DNA of 62,853 bases from Octopus bimaculoides (GCF_001194135.2 NC_069003.1:3694587-3757439); one strand, 5' to 3'. Numbered from the stretch's first letter, positions 1-11,815 are shown. Made by a program: numbers and translations. The notes: a model not told the origin generated them from the sequence alone.

Positions 1-340
1 CTCGTGGTCATAAGATCGCGGTTTCGATTCCCAGACCGGGCGTTGTGAGTGTTTATTGAGCGAAAATACCCTAAAGCTCCACGAGGCTCCGGCGGGGGAT
101 GGTGGCGAACCCTGCTGTACTCTTTCACCACAACTTTCTCTTACTTCCTGTTTCTGTTGTGCCTGTATTTCAAAGGGTCAGCCTTGTCACACTGTGTCAC
201 GCTGAATATCCCTGAGAACTACGTTAAGAGTATACGTGTCTGTGGAGTGGTCAGCCACTTGCACGTTAATTTCTCGAGCAGGCTGTTCCGTTGATCGGAT
301 CAATTGGAACCCTCGACGCCGTAAGCGACGGAGTGCCAAC
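1..340 (+). mobile_element. tRNA-derived SINE, family A (~380 bp), 5' end cut by window edge
   Basis: Aligns by eye along its whole length with the complete copy at 41803-42184; B-box-like GGTTTCGATTCCC at 20-32; ends GTAAGCGACGGAGTGCCAAC. Confidence 0.85.
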
Positions 341-444
341 ATACCAATCCATCTAGTTCACCGCGTGGTATACCATGAATATATTGAGAATAAAATGAAA
401 TCTATTTTAGAAGGAACTGTAACAAAATAATCGATCCCATTTAG

Positions 445-665
445 ACAGGAAATATTCGAGCGATTCGCCGTCCCAACGCCATTTGTCATGTTCTAGACCA
501 ACACATCTAGCCAATACGCTGAACGGGAAGGTTTTCGAATACAAGTCCTACGTGACAGAAATCAATAATGTCTTTTACATGGATGGTTTCCAATTATTTG
601 CTGCAGATGACATTCAACTAGATTCTCTGTAGCATAAACGTATGGATTCCGTTAAGAACTTGGCA
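445..665 (+). mobile_element. Decayed reverse-transcriptase fragment of an R4/Dong-like (RLE-type) non-LTR retrotransposon
   Basis: Reads NTLNGKVFEYKSYVTEINNVFYMDGFQLFAADDIQLDSL* (YMDG at 576-587, cf. INHLFYMDDLKLFA), preceded by a frameshifted IF.GDS.S motif from 452. Confidence 0.7.
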
Positions 666-778
666 TCAGGATGTTTTACTAATAAATAAATAACATCTTG
701 GAAATGAAGAAATCTTCGCAAAATCCTTGTCCGTGTCATGTCGCCTCAAAAAAAAAAATACAATTATAAGAAGGGTGG

Positions 779-780
<2 letters not shown>

Positions 781-825
<45 letters not shown>
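781..825. repeat. (CA)n microsatellite, representative of dozens of (CA)n/(TA)n/(GA)n/(TATC)n/(TATG)n tracts in the window
   Basis: Directly visible. Confidence 0.98.
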
Positions 826-826
<1 letters not shown>

Positions 827-1345
827 TAACAATACATACATACCTATATAAAGAGGGAGTAACACACGTACTCACATATGACTGTGTATAGATTAATACA
901 TTTATACTTTAAACACTTGTATATATACGCACACATACACAAACACATCAATTATCATGTTTCTGTATTGGATGTCCTTGTTAATTCCTAATATCCTCTT
1001 TCTTTTTTTTCGTCACTTAAACCTTAATAAACCCATTATTATAAACTATATAAATCCTATACTAANNNNNNNNNNNNNNNNNNNNNNNNNNNNNNNNNNN
1101 NNNNNNNNNNNNNNNNNNNNNNNNNNNNNNNNNNNNNNNNNNNNNNNNNNNNNNNNNNNNNNNNNTCTTTGTGTATGTGTGTATTTATATTGTTTTGTAC
1201 ACATGCCTTTGAAGAGATTTTCTCTCAACTCCAAACAATCAAACATTTTCTGTTTTAACGCAGAACATACAACACGCACACACACAAACACAAAGGCATA
1301 CACACATACACACACTAATACACATATGCACATACGCAAACGAAA

Positions 1346-1378
<33 letters not shown>

Positions 1379-1810
1379 AGAGGATGAGAAAGAAATGGAG
1401 GGATAAGAACATGGAGGGAAAATCGTAGCCTGAGATTAATACTTAAATAAATGTTACATTGTACAATTCCGTTGTTGCTACGCATGAATTACGTCGCGGT
1501 TCAACTAATAGATTATGCCTGTGATAATACTCTCATGCGGAGCATTAATGAAAGAGAAACAGCCGAGAAAAACACGAGAAGAAAAAAACGAATGAATATA
1601 TAATACTTACCAAAATCCGACACCTACAACAGGAGTCCAATATTTATGGTTTGAATGTAAGAAAAAGCTCATGAAATATCTTCAAACCATTGATTACTAC
1701 ATTGGTTTTTTTTTTTTTTTTTTTGTACATATGGACGGATCGTTTTGGGGGTACTGATCTTCAGCTAATAACCTTGTCTACTTAACGACATAAGCACACG
1801 AGTGGCCATA

Positions 1811-1980
1811 GGTGCAGACGCGGCTGTGTGGTAAGGGAGTTGCTTCGCAACCACATGATTCCGGGTCCAGTCACATTGCGTTGGCACCTTTGGCGTATGT
1901 CTTCCACTATAGCCTCGGACCGACCAAAGACGTGTAAGTGAGTTTGGTAGATGGAAACTGAAAGAAGCCTCTCGTGTGTG
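1811..1980 (+). mobile_element. tRNA-derived SINE, family B (CORE-like centre, tail ...GGAAACTGAAAGAAGCC followed by microsatellite)
   Basis: A-box-like GGCTGTGTGGTAAG and degenerate B-box; matches the reverse complement of 34541-34702 and the fragment at 50101-50137. Confidence 0.8.
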
Positions 1981-2375
1981 CGTGCATATATATATAAATG
2001 TGTGTGTGTGTATACTTAATAAGAGACCAAAATGTACGTACGCCACCATATGTATATAAAAAGGAATACAAAAAAATTGGACAAGAACGCAGAATATCCA
2101 GGCAGATGGTATAAGGAAACGACAAGAAAAAACACGGACGAGTCATTCATATATATATATATATATATATATATACANNNNNNNNNNNNNNNNNNNNNNN
2201 NNNNNNNNNNNNNNNNNNNNNNNNNNNNNNNNNNNNNNNNNNNNNNNNNNNNNNNNNNNNNNNNNNNNNNNNNNNNNNNNNNNNNNNNNNNNNNNNNNNN
2301 NNNNNNNNNNNNNNATATACATACATACATATATATACATACATACATATATACGTAGATACATATATATATATG

Positions 2376-2421
<46 letters not shown>

Positions 2422-2654
2422 TTTATACGAGTGTATGTAGTAATGGATAGAGAGATAGAGAGATAGTCAGTTGTCAGCTACTGCTTGTTAGAGGCCACAA
2501 ATCTGCATATTAGTCGGCGAGATTTCGTAGAGTTACTTCGTTTTATGTGATAAGTCGTTTGTTATGACTCTTTCTAACACTTTGTAAATAAGATTTCTGT
2601 GTTGCTAAAATACGGTTTACATCAACATTCGCAAACTAACGTAAGATACCAGGA

Positions 2655-2760
2655 TTAAGGGGAAAATAATACAGAGGTTAATTCATTCGACTAAAATTTC
2701 TTGAAGGCGTTGCCCCAGCTTGGCCGCAATCTCTTGGCTGAAACACGTAAATGATAAAAA
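2655..2760 (+). mobile_element. 3' part of SINE family E (...CCCCAGCTTGGCCGCA...CTGAAAC...)
   Basis: Similar to the reverse complements of 34062-34160 and 49623-49760. Confidence 0.65.
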
Positions 2761-2799
2761 ATGATATATGGAAAAAGTCATCTTCTCTTTCGGTTTTGT

Positions 2800-2890
2800 G
2801 TCAGGCTTGCAAAGATCCTGAGTTTGATATCTGTTGGCGAGTTGCGTCCTTGGGCAAGACACTTATTGCATCTAACAACTAACTGACTCA
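2800..2890 (+). mobile_element. Diverged SINE fragment, family D (CORE-like GTCCTTGGGCAAGACACTT)
   Basis: CORE-like motif at about 2847-2865 after a degenerate B-box; resembles 40165-40255. Confidence 0.5.
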
Positions 2891-3189
2891 TCCGTAAAAT
2901 ACGCTACTAAATGAACGATGATTTCAGATCGAAATATAACAGAGAGAAACAGATGCAATTTGTAAACTCTCTGTTGCTGAGTTAAGATAACGGAACACTA
3001 ATTATTATACATAAAAGGGTTTAATTACACGAAAGTGAGTATAACTTAAAAATCTTCGACTAACCTTTCGAAAATAATCTTAAATTCTCATATATGCACG
3101 CCTTGACATAAAAAAAGCCCTCTCATCATCTTTGGCCCAGTAAGATATCGAGAACGGGACAGCTACACAGATATAAAATGCTATTGTCT

Positions 3190-3305
3190 GGTGGTCATTT
3201 TTAGCTGGGTTGACTGGATTAGCACGAAATAAAGTTTGCACGGCCCTGTCCACGAATTGAGCTTTCGATCGTAGGATCGTAAGTCTAGCCCCCAAACCAC
3301 AAGAC
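3190..3305 (-). mobile_element. Highly diverged SINE fragment, probably family D
   Basis: Shares CTGG..TGACTGGA.CA.CG..AAATAAAG and TCGA..C...GATCGT stretches with 57880-57990. Confidence 0.4.
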
Positions 3306-5236
3306 CACAATACAACGTACCTTTACTTTGTATTATTATCGTGGTAAATATACTTTGCCTCGTTACCGTGATAATACTATAGAGATCTCTGCTATCTAAG
3401 TATTCCACAATCCAGTTCCAAAACGTGAGAATCGTTATAAAACGGTTGGCAGTCTAACTGTGTTAATCACCTATATTGTTCCCCGCCCCATTATTGAAGT
3501 GAATTGACGATTTTTATCGCATGTTATGTTCATGCATCGTTCTCAATCCTAGAGCAAACACACACACATACATTCAGACGGACACACACGCATGCACACA
3601 AAAAATCATTCATCCACATGCATACGCAAACGCAACCTGCTCATTTAAACACAAGCACACGCACGCATTAATATTCACTCCCACCCACATACAAACATAC
3701 ACAGACATAGGCACACACACACACACACATACACAAACATAACCTTATGTTCAGAACATGAGGTTCATTTTTCCTTCATTCGTTATCAGTTATTGGATTT
3801 CATGATCATAAACCCGAGTCTGTATTTCACTCCGCCACCTCCTCCCCTCTGCAGAATATATCTCAAAAGTGTTGTTTGTTGGTGACTAAATCAATAACCT
3901 CACCTTCTCCTCCTCCTCCTTTTTTTATTCTTCTTCTATCTCTCCAACATCTGGGTCAGTGCTTCTGAGTGCGTATGGATAATGAGGATACCTTCCATAA
4001 CTTCTATGTTGTCGATTCGCGGAATAATCTCTCACTGTCGTTTTTCTATTGGAGCAAACTTATGCAGTTCTCTACTATACTTTTTAGAAAATTCCAATTC
4101 ATCTTTTGTTGCTGTGAGCAATATTATCACTCACTCTTTAACCATTAACCCTATATTTATCGGTTATCATTGGCAGCGTAAAGCATTCCATTCTCTTTTC
4201 TGTAGTGTCACTACAAGGATTAACCTCAATTTGTCTTTAAGCTTTAACCTAGATCTAGAGAGCTATGACTGGTGTAGCAAAATAATTCCGAAACCATAAG
4301 ACTGGAAAATGATATCAGTTGCTTTTAATTTAGACACCACTAATTTACAGGTGTTGTAGTAATACAGGAAAAATTCCACTTAGTGAACATCTAAACACAT
4401 ACAGGAACCGAATCTGCCAAATTTCTTTTCTTCGCACTTTCTAAATGATCGGAAAATATCACAGATCAAACAAGAATAAATAAGGACAATTGGTTTATCC
4501 AAACGTACAAATTATGGCTGGACAGGCTAGAAAAGTAAATTATGGTAAAAATATAATAAATTATTGTAAAGTCCACTTGCAATCTTAAGGAAACCAAAAT
4601 TCATGAGGCAGCTATTATCTATGTCACTTGCTCCACATCTCGTTATCTTACTTAGACCGCACTATATATACATATATATATATATATGTATATATAGTTG
4701 ACAAAGAAGGTATATGTTTTAACATGTTCAGTGGGAGTGAACAAAAAATAATTAATCACAACACTTTTAGACAGATCAATAGGAAAAAAACTATCCATAA
4801 CACTTTTAGGCAAAAAGTTATATTTAAAAAAATTAAATTAAGAATTTAATTTCAGCATTAATTACGCCTGACACAAAGAAAATCAAGTAAAATAAATATC
4901 ACGTCTATGTCTCTCGTCTAATTTTTATATGGCTTATTCAGCAGAGAAAATCATTTTTTAAGTGACCTCCTAGCGCGACTGCTACACGAATTTAACACAT
5001 GAATGTTCACCAACCAAATTGTACATTAACACACAACGTTTTGAGTCACATTCCTTCTTTAATATCAAACAGCTTTCATAGCAATGGCCAGTTAAGTCAT
5101 AAATCCCGATGCAGCTCCATATATCCTCTACGCTTTTGAAAATCTAATGTGAAAACGGTCAAGTGTATTTCTTTATTTTTAAATCTAATTAAAGTTTACA
5201 TAACTCTCACATATTCTTTGTGCATATTAAACTGTA

Positions 5237-5278
<42 letters not shown>

Positions 5279-5343
5279 AGTATGTATGTACTTACGTATA
5301 TCTGTCTACCTATCTATTTCTCTCTCCATCTCTCTTACATGTG

Positions 5344-5393
<50 letters not shown>

Positions 5394-5399
5394 AACGAA

Positions 5400-5495
5400 A
5401 ACAGAAGATGGATATTTCTGTACCAATCTTTATTCAGTAAAATAATTATTTAAGCGACAACAGAAAAACAACATGCGGACCACCCTTTCTGTTTC
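5400..5495 (-). mobile_element. Isolated terminal fragment related to the transposon end at 8465-8515
   Basis: AAAATAATTATTTAAGCGACAACAGAAAAACAACATGCGGACCACCCT nearly identical to 8464-8512. Confidence 0.55.
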
Positions 5496-6521
5496 CATAT
5501 TTGTGTGTGTGTGTGTGTGTGTGCGCGCGCTCGCACGCGCGGTTACACATCACCTGTATTTTTATTCATTTTGAAGAAAGTTGCACTGGCGTATTTTCTC
5601 TCATTCACTCAGCTTTAATATTGAAAGTAAAAATACAAAGGTCTGAGATACAAACAAAAATTCTCTGATAACTGTGAGCGTTAAATCCCAAAGAAAAACT
5701 GTCGTCATTTTTCACGTTCATCACCGAAGCATAATATATTTTCCATATTTCTTCCTCGTCGATGTTTTCTGTTTCTGGTCTTTCTACACATTTGTTTCTT
5801 TCCTGAGGGAGGTGAAAATAACCATACATGGTAATATTTTGCTAGACGTCACGTGTCATTGTGTTGTGCTACATAACCATGGTAGTTCAATTTCCGCCTG
5901 TTAACAATATGTTTGAATAGATCCGTATTTCGCAGTCTTCTTAATGTTTTCTTTCCTTACACTCAGTTTGCTTCAATATTCTTTATACGAAAATGAAGCA
6001 AATTTCCATAGCATTTCATTTCAGAATCCCCAACAGTTTCTCTCGTTCAGTAACCACCGTCCATGACTCCCATCCATAATATCCATAAAGATATTCCTGA
6101 AGCTTTTAATAAAAATTATTGTTGTTATGGTAATTCGTTTTATTTTCATAAAGAAAATGTAAAGTTGCTACACATTTCTCTAGTGTTGCGATCCAACATT
6201 TTAATTTCTTTCTTTCTGCAGACATCATCAGTTATTGCACTTCACAATTATTAAAATTCATCAACTTGTTTAAGCAGCTTTAGTGCTATTCCAAATGGAT
6301 TCAAAATTATTATTTTCTCTTTTCTATTTTTTGAGCACATACTTCCATTTTATATCGCCTTGCAGAAATATCTAAACACAATCAATTATTGCCTCGGGAT
6401 ATTGACATGCAAATTCCTGCAGAAGCATCGTTTGGTATGGAGTCGCTCATAAACCTACATAACCTCTGGTCTATAGATTCACTGTATCTTCTCTCTCACA
6501 TCACTCTCTCTGTCTCTCTCT

Positions 6522-6569
<48 letters not shown>

Positions 6570-7337
6570 TATCTATTTCTGTAACAATCACCCTTGTTCA
6601 TTGAAGCAGCATATCTCGTGCAACCTTCTCTCAGGTATTGTCAGTTGTTCTTATTTCCTCTTATTACCATCAATATTCTGTCTCTCGCCACACGAACAGA
6701 ATATCCATCTATATCTTGTCCTTTATCGAGCATCTCGAAATTTCTCTCTAGACATTTATTTCTTTTTCTTGTTTTTAGTTTTCCCTTAATAGCTCCCACT
6801 TTCCAACTCTTTATTCAGTGTGTTGCCATCACCAGTCTCTGGGCCTGGAAGGATTGTTTCCCGTTCATTTCTTACTCATTACGTTAATTAAAAAAATAGC
6901 AATGATGAACGTACAACGCGCATCTATACCAAAGATATGTTTGTGGAAAGCGATCTAAGGCTGTAAAATTTAAATATAAGACTAGATCTGATGATAGAAA
7001 TAATTGAGAGATTCCAATTTGTACTTAATTAATATTAATATTAGGATTACGTTCTGATGATGCGTCTGCTTAATCAGGGTTACTTTAGGAATAACACAAC
7101 TTGAACTACAAAAGCAGAAATATCATCAATTATAAAAACGAAGCCACGACTTTGAACGCGGAAAATACGTTTCATTAGATCCATATTATCTTCACGATAA
7201 GAGATGGTCTGCTTAAACATATCGAAGTGTTTATACTGATTTGCAAATGCATGAATGAAGACATGAGAAATCCATCACGCGAAAGAAGACTTTGAATACG
7301 ATTTAAACAGATAAGCACAATTTGGGATTATGGTTAC

Positions 7338-7382
7338 ATTGTACGTACATCAAAAAGAATTGTACGTACATTGAAAAGAATT
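7338..7382. repeat. 21-bp tandem duplication
   Basis: ATTGTACGTACATCAAAAAGA followed by ATTGTACGTACATTGAAAAGA. Confidence 0.9.
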
Positions 7383-7899
7383 AAAAGTATTTCTACAGAG
7401 AATAGTAAAGCAGAAAGGCTCGTAAAGTAAAACCGACGCCAGTTTCTCTCTTCTTGTAATGCCTCGCTATAATAAATTTACTCAACCGTTTTGAAAAATA
7501 TAATTTAAAATACAGTAAAGAACAGGAAAAAAAAAAAACTCTCTCCTGTTATATGGATTGCAGCAATTTCGGTGCAGTTGGAAATCGGGCATCGAAATGG
7601 ATTGGAAACAGAAAAGAAATATTGTTGAATATGTGAAATGTTAATTAAAATTATTAATATCGTATTAGTTTTAAAATGCAATAAGAATAAGAAGATCAAA
7701 CTAAATACTTACAAATACTTCAAAAATTAATTAACTAAAGAATGTGCAACATATTGAAATGGAAGAAAAATCCACGGGAGAAATAATATTGACTCATTAC
7801 ATTAAAATAATAAGTAGAACTTAGCATTAAAAATAAAATAATATGTAAAAGTTATTTCTCTAATTGGATAGAAAAACGACACAATAATGTATTTATTCA

Positions 7900-8515
7900 T
7901 TCTTAATATATTATCTCCAAATTGTAAAGGTTGGAAGTTTTCTCTGTTGATGAAAAACAATAGTGATCAGATATTCATGTTTGAATCACCGAGGACTTAT
8001 TGATGATGGAGCGATATGTTAGCGTTTGCATTCTCGCTGTTCTTTGAGCATCCGGTGAAATATCATCTGTTTAGCAGATATCTGCACCTATCAGAAAATC
8101 ATTTGGTTGCCGATTTCCATAAACAGACGCTCCTGCTCATGTCCGATCCATGGGTAACTTTGACTGGAGAAACACTGTACGAGTTTGAAACACCGTGGTG
8201 TCTCTATCAAAATTTTCCAACACCGCGGTGAACTGAATGTTATGACAAATGTTTTTCTCCAAATTTCGAAAACATCAACGATCACATATATCTATGTTCT
8301 ATTTTGCCAGAAGGAATAAAATATAAATAGATACATTTTTGTTTGGATTCCCGGTAATCTGGTTACCCACTGTGGATTATTAAAATGAAATCCATTGTAA
8401 ATAATGAAGAATATTGATCTTATCATCGCTGCATGACTACGGGCGAAATGTGGAAGACGGATAGAAAATAATTCTTTAAGCGACAACAGAAAACCAACAT
8501 GCGGTCCACCCTTTG
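7900..8515 (-). mobile_element. Decayed 5' portion of a Tc1/mariner-superfamily transposon (terminus plus HTH region)
   Basis: Minus strand starts AGGGTGGACC (TIR-like; repeated at 5400-5495), then KFGEKHLS*HSVHRGVGKF and ISAKQMIFHRMLKE, resembling mariner-type DNA-binding domains; many stops and frameshifts. Confidence 0.4.
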
Positions 8516-8529
8516 TGCTTCCTCTAGAG

Positions 8530-9390
8530 CTTGGAGTTAAAACTTAAAGCAGATTATCCTGTTCACCAACAAGAGAAGCAACCCAATATTTTTCGACCTA
8601 CATTAGTGATGTCTCCACAACTTGGTGATAAAATTTTAATAGGTTATACAATAGTGTACAAACATCGGAAGAAGCTGGGAACTCCCAGTTCCACTGATTG
8701 TGCCAACATAGCTATGAACTAAATGTTAATGAGAAAGTCCATACGTTGTATTGACAATAGAAAATACGGGAAATTGATTCAGCTGTTTGAAAGAAGCCGT
8801 GATAACTTGGCTAAATGTTAAAAAGTGACTGTGAGCATATTTATTGCAGCAACAGCGAACACTGGAGTTCAATTCTGTATTATATGAAAGATATCTTCTC
8901 AATCCTGGCAAATGATTCAGCAACAAGAATCGGTATTGAATTATATATACCCTCCAATTAACACACCATGGTTTTGAGTTACCAGAGAAAGAAGGAGGCA
9001 GCGTGTGGTGATGCGTTACTGCATTCACAAACATAATATCAATATTCACAACTTCACCAGACAAAGTTGTATAGTTCTGGGTCAAGAGTAAAATGTAGAC
9101 AAAGAGATATTATGTCTTGTAGCAACAACAGAAGATAATGCAGAGAAATGTCAGAATTGTCTTTACAATTTCAACAGGAGTTCCATAGTTCTGGGCTAAA
9201 AGTTAAAAACAGAAAATATTATTGCTCGTGGCAACGACAAAAACTAGTTGAATTCTCTTAACTCTGTGAATGGAGGTCTATCGCTTTGGGTAAACAGTTA
9301 GAGACAGACAGTGAGAAATTATTGCTTGTAACAACAATAGAGAAGGCAGGAAATTATCTACACGCGAATGATGGCTCCATATCTCTGACC
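8530..9390 (+). mobile_element. Decayed hAT-like transposase remnant
   Basis: Frameshifted motifs in hAT order: ISDVSTTW (cf. IQDVxTRWNST), KLIQLF...KVTVSIFI, PWF* (cf. LDPRFK), SEKLL...KAGNY (cf. SERLFSKAGN). Confidence 0.45.
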
Positions 9391-9739
9391 TAATAGTTGC
9401 ATTGGGAAAGAAACAGAGAGAGAGAGAGAGAGCGAGAGAGTATAGTGAGATTGTTTTATTGATTTTTATCAAAGACAGACAAGTGAGGGAATTCTCTTCA
9501 CCTTTCTATGATATATTCTGAAGATGGCGGTAAGTAGGAATTGCAGTATATACGTAGTTGTAAATTGAAAACCTACTATAAAGAATATCAAATTCGTACA
9601 TGTGAAAGTAATATTGTATTGGAGTGTGTGAGTGTATGTGTGCGTGTGTGTGAATATTTGTGGGTGACTGAGTTAGTGTAAGCTTTACGAATGAATGTGA
9701 TAAATGATTGTTTGGATATAAAACCAAAAATTAGTCATG

Positions 9740-9840
9740 ATAATATAAATAATAATAATGATGATGATAATAATGATAATAATAATAATAAAGAATGATA
9801 ATGAGAAGAAGAAGAAGAAGAAGAAGAAGAAGAAGAAGAA
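9740..9840. repeat. (AAT/GAT)n grading into (GAA)n
   Basis: Directly visible. Confidence 0.95.
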
Positions 9841-9844
9841 AACC

Positions 9845-10137
9845 GGTAGCTATAAATGACAAGGAGTGACCTGAAGACAGAGAGGGAAGCACTCATATGC
9901 GCAGCTCAGGAACAAGAGTTAAGGACCAATTATATGAAGTGCAGAATAGTCAACACTACCGATAGCAACGAATGCAGAATGTGTGGTGAGAGGAGTGAAA
10001 CGGTATGACACGACGTTAGAGAATGTCCGAAATCGGCACAACGTGAATACAAACGACGCCAAGACAATGTGACAAGAAATACCCGTTGGGAGCCCTGTGG
10101 AAGTTACGGCCTACAATGAGCAAAAACGTGATATAAC
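9845..10137 (+). mobile_element. Decayed R4/Dong-like non-LTR retrotransposon fragment (CCHC zinc finger and RHD region)
   Basis: One frame from 9856: MTRSDLKTEREALICAAQEQELRTNYMKCRIVNTTDSNECRMCGERSETV*HDVRECPKSAQREYKRRQDNV, matching the R4-clade AAQEQALRTN...CRxCxxxxETxxHIxxxC...YKRRHD signature, with internal stops. Confidence 0.85.
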
Positions 10138-10885
10138 CCAACTTGATCCCTCTTATAGCTAATTTTTACCCCATGGAATTGTTCCCCTGTAAATTCATCG
10201 GAGTCCAAGTTTGAATACTTTAAACACTACGAAATGTCTTCGATCCTGAAAAATCCCTGGATCTCATCTGTGAACTGTATTTTATATCACACGAATTCTT
10301 ACATTAATAGGCAAAAATCTTGGAGAATAAATGACAAATATAACCTATATTCGGCGACTCATTCTGCAGTCATTACCCCACAATTCATTAATATGTCCCA
10401 CACTAGTTCCACCAAAATAACCCTTGGATACTATAAAGTACTAGAGACTTTGTATGTATGCAATACACCAAATTCCAGATGAAATATATTATATATAATT
10501 TATAAGAATCCCTTCCTTTCATGAGAAATAACAATGTATAGTATCACAGTTTGAAGTTAACAATACAGACAAATTACTAGAATCCATTTTTTCCATGACA
10601 ACCATGTCAACAGTATATTAATTATCAATAGAGCAATACCAATTAATTATGATGTGCCACATAGAATCGAATCTAATTGCACATACCTGGCTGTTGAATA
10701 GAAACCAAAACAGCAGCTAAAAACAAAAAAATCTATCTTACCATTAGTAACCACAACTAATTGTCACAATTGGAGTGATACTCAGTGATTGCAGTAAACT
10801 CTGCGAGGATAGATATAAGAGTCCATTTATGGAAATAGCAAAAGAGTTTGCATATGTTAGTATTGACTTCAACTGAGACATCGAT

Positions 10886-11110
10886 CTGGCAGAAACGTTA
10901 GCACGACGGGTGAATTGCTAAGGGTATTTCGTATGTCGTTACGTTCTGAGTTCAAATTCCACCGAGGTCGACTTTGCCTTTTATCCTTTCGGTGTCGATT
11001 AAATAAGTACCAGTTGCGCACTGTGGTCGATATAATCGACTTAATCCATTTGTCTGTCTTTGTTTGTCCCCTCCGTGTTTAGCCCCTTGTGGGTAGTAAA
11101 GAAATAAGAA
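10886..11110 (+). mobile_element. tRNA-derived SINE, family C (central GTCGACTTTGCCTTTCATCCTTTCGGGGTCGAT, Meta/MESC-like), copy with alternative tail
   Basis: A-box-like CTGGCAGAAACGTTAG, B-box-like GAGTTCAAATTCC, central domain shared with about 14 other copies. Confidence 0.85.
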
Positions 11111-11273
11111 ATGTTAGCACGCCGGGCGAATTGCTTAGGGTATTTCGTCTGTCTGTACGTTCTGAGCTCAAATTCCGCGGAGATCGACTTTGCTTTTCAT
11201 ACTTTCAGAGTTGATCCAATCGACTGGCCCCTCCCCTAAAATGTTGGGCCTTGAACCTAGAGTAGAAATGAAT
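11111..11273 (+). mobile_element. SINE family C, internally deleted copy
   Basis: Same head and centre; lacks the segment between the two GGGGTCGAT repeats. Confidence 0.85.
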
Positions 11274-11460
11274 CGTTAACACGCTGCTCAAAATGCTTTG
11301 CGACATTTCGTCCGTCTGAGTTCAAATTCAGCCGACGCCAATTTTGCATTTCCTATTTTCGGGATCAAAAAAAACAAATACCAGTTGTGCACAGGGATCG
11401 ATGTGATTGGTTAATCACCTCCCCGCAAAATTTCGGGCGTTGTGCATTTAATAGATAAGG
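11274..11460 (+). mobile_element. SINE family C, diverged copy
   Basis: Colinear with 10886-11040; retains GAGTTCAAATTC. Confidence 0.8.
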
Positions 11461-11464
11461 ATAA

Positions 11465-11578
11465 TGGTTTGAAATTTTGATACAACAGCAGTTTCGACTG
11501 AGAGGTACGATTATTATATCGACCCCAAGTGCTCAACTGGTCCTTATTTAATCGATCCCGAAAGGAAGAAAAGGAACG
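11465..11578 (-). mobile_element. SINE family C, 3' half
   Basis: Reverse complement of central domain and tail (TCGACCCCAAGTGCTCAACTGGT...CCCGAAAGGA). Confidence 0.75.
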
Positions 11579-11602
11579 TGGTGGTGGTGGTGGTGGTGAT
11601 AA

Positions 11603-11815
11603 GGATTTCTCATTTAGGCACAAGGCTAGCAATTTTGTGAGAAGTTTGTCGATTACAATAACCCCTGAATTTAAATGTGAATTAATTTTATGGATTTCCG
11701 AGGGACGAGAGGCAAAACTGAACCCCGGCGGGATTTGAACTTAGAATGCCAAGAATCATAACAAAAAAGGTAAAGTTGCAAAGTATTTAGCCCGATGTCT
11801 TGCGGATTCAACCAC
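11603..11815 (-). mobile_element. SINE family C, diverged near-full-length copy
   Basis: TTAGGCACAAGGC tail and GATTTGAAC reverse B-box. Confidence 0.7.

Noticed and set aside
6985-7075. CTGATGA motifs as hammerhead cores or C/D boxes
   Set aside because: No stem II plus GAAA downstream and no matching box C with terminal stem.
8580-8700. Minus-strand WEFPASSDVCTLL...VEKY resembling GPCR TM3
   Set aside because: Contains stops, the Cys-to-DRY spacing is off, and the plus-strand hAT reading explains more motifs.
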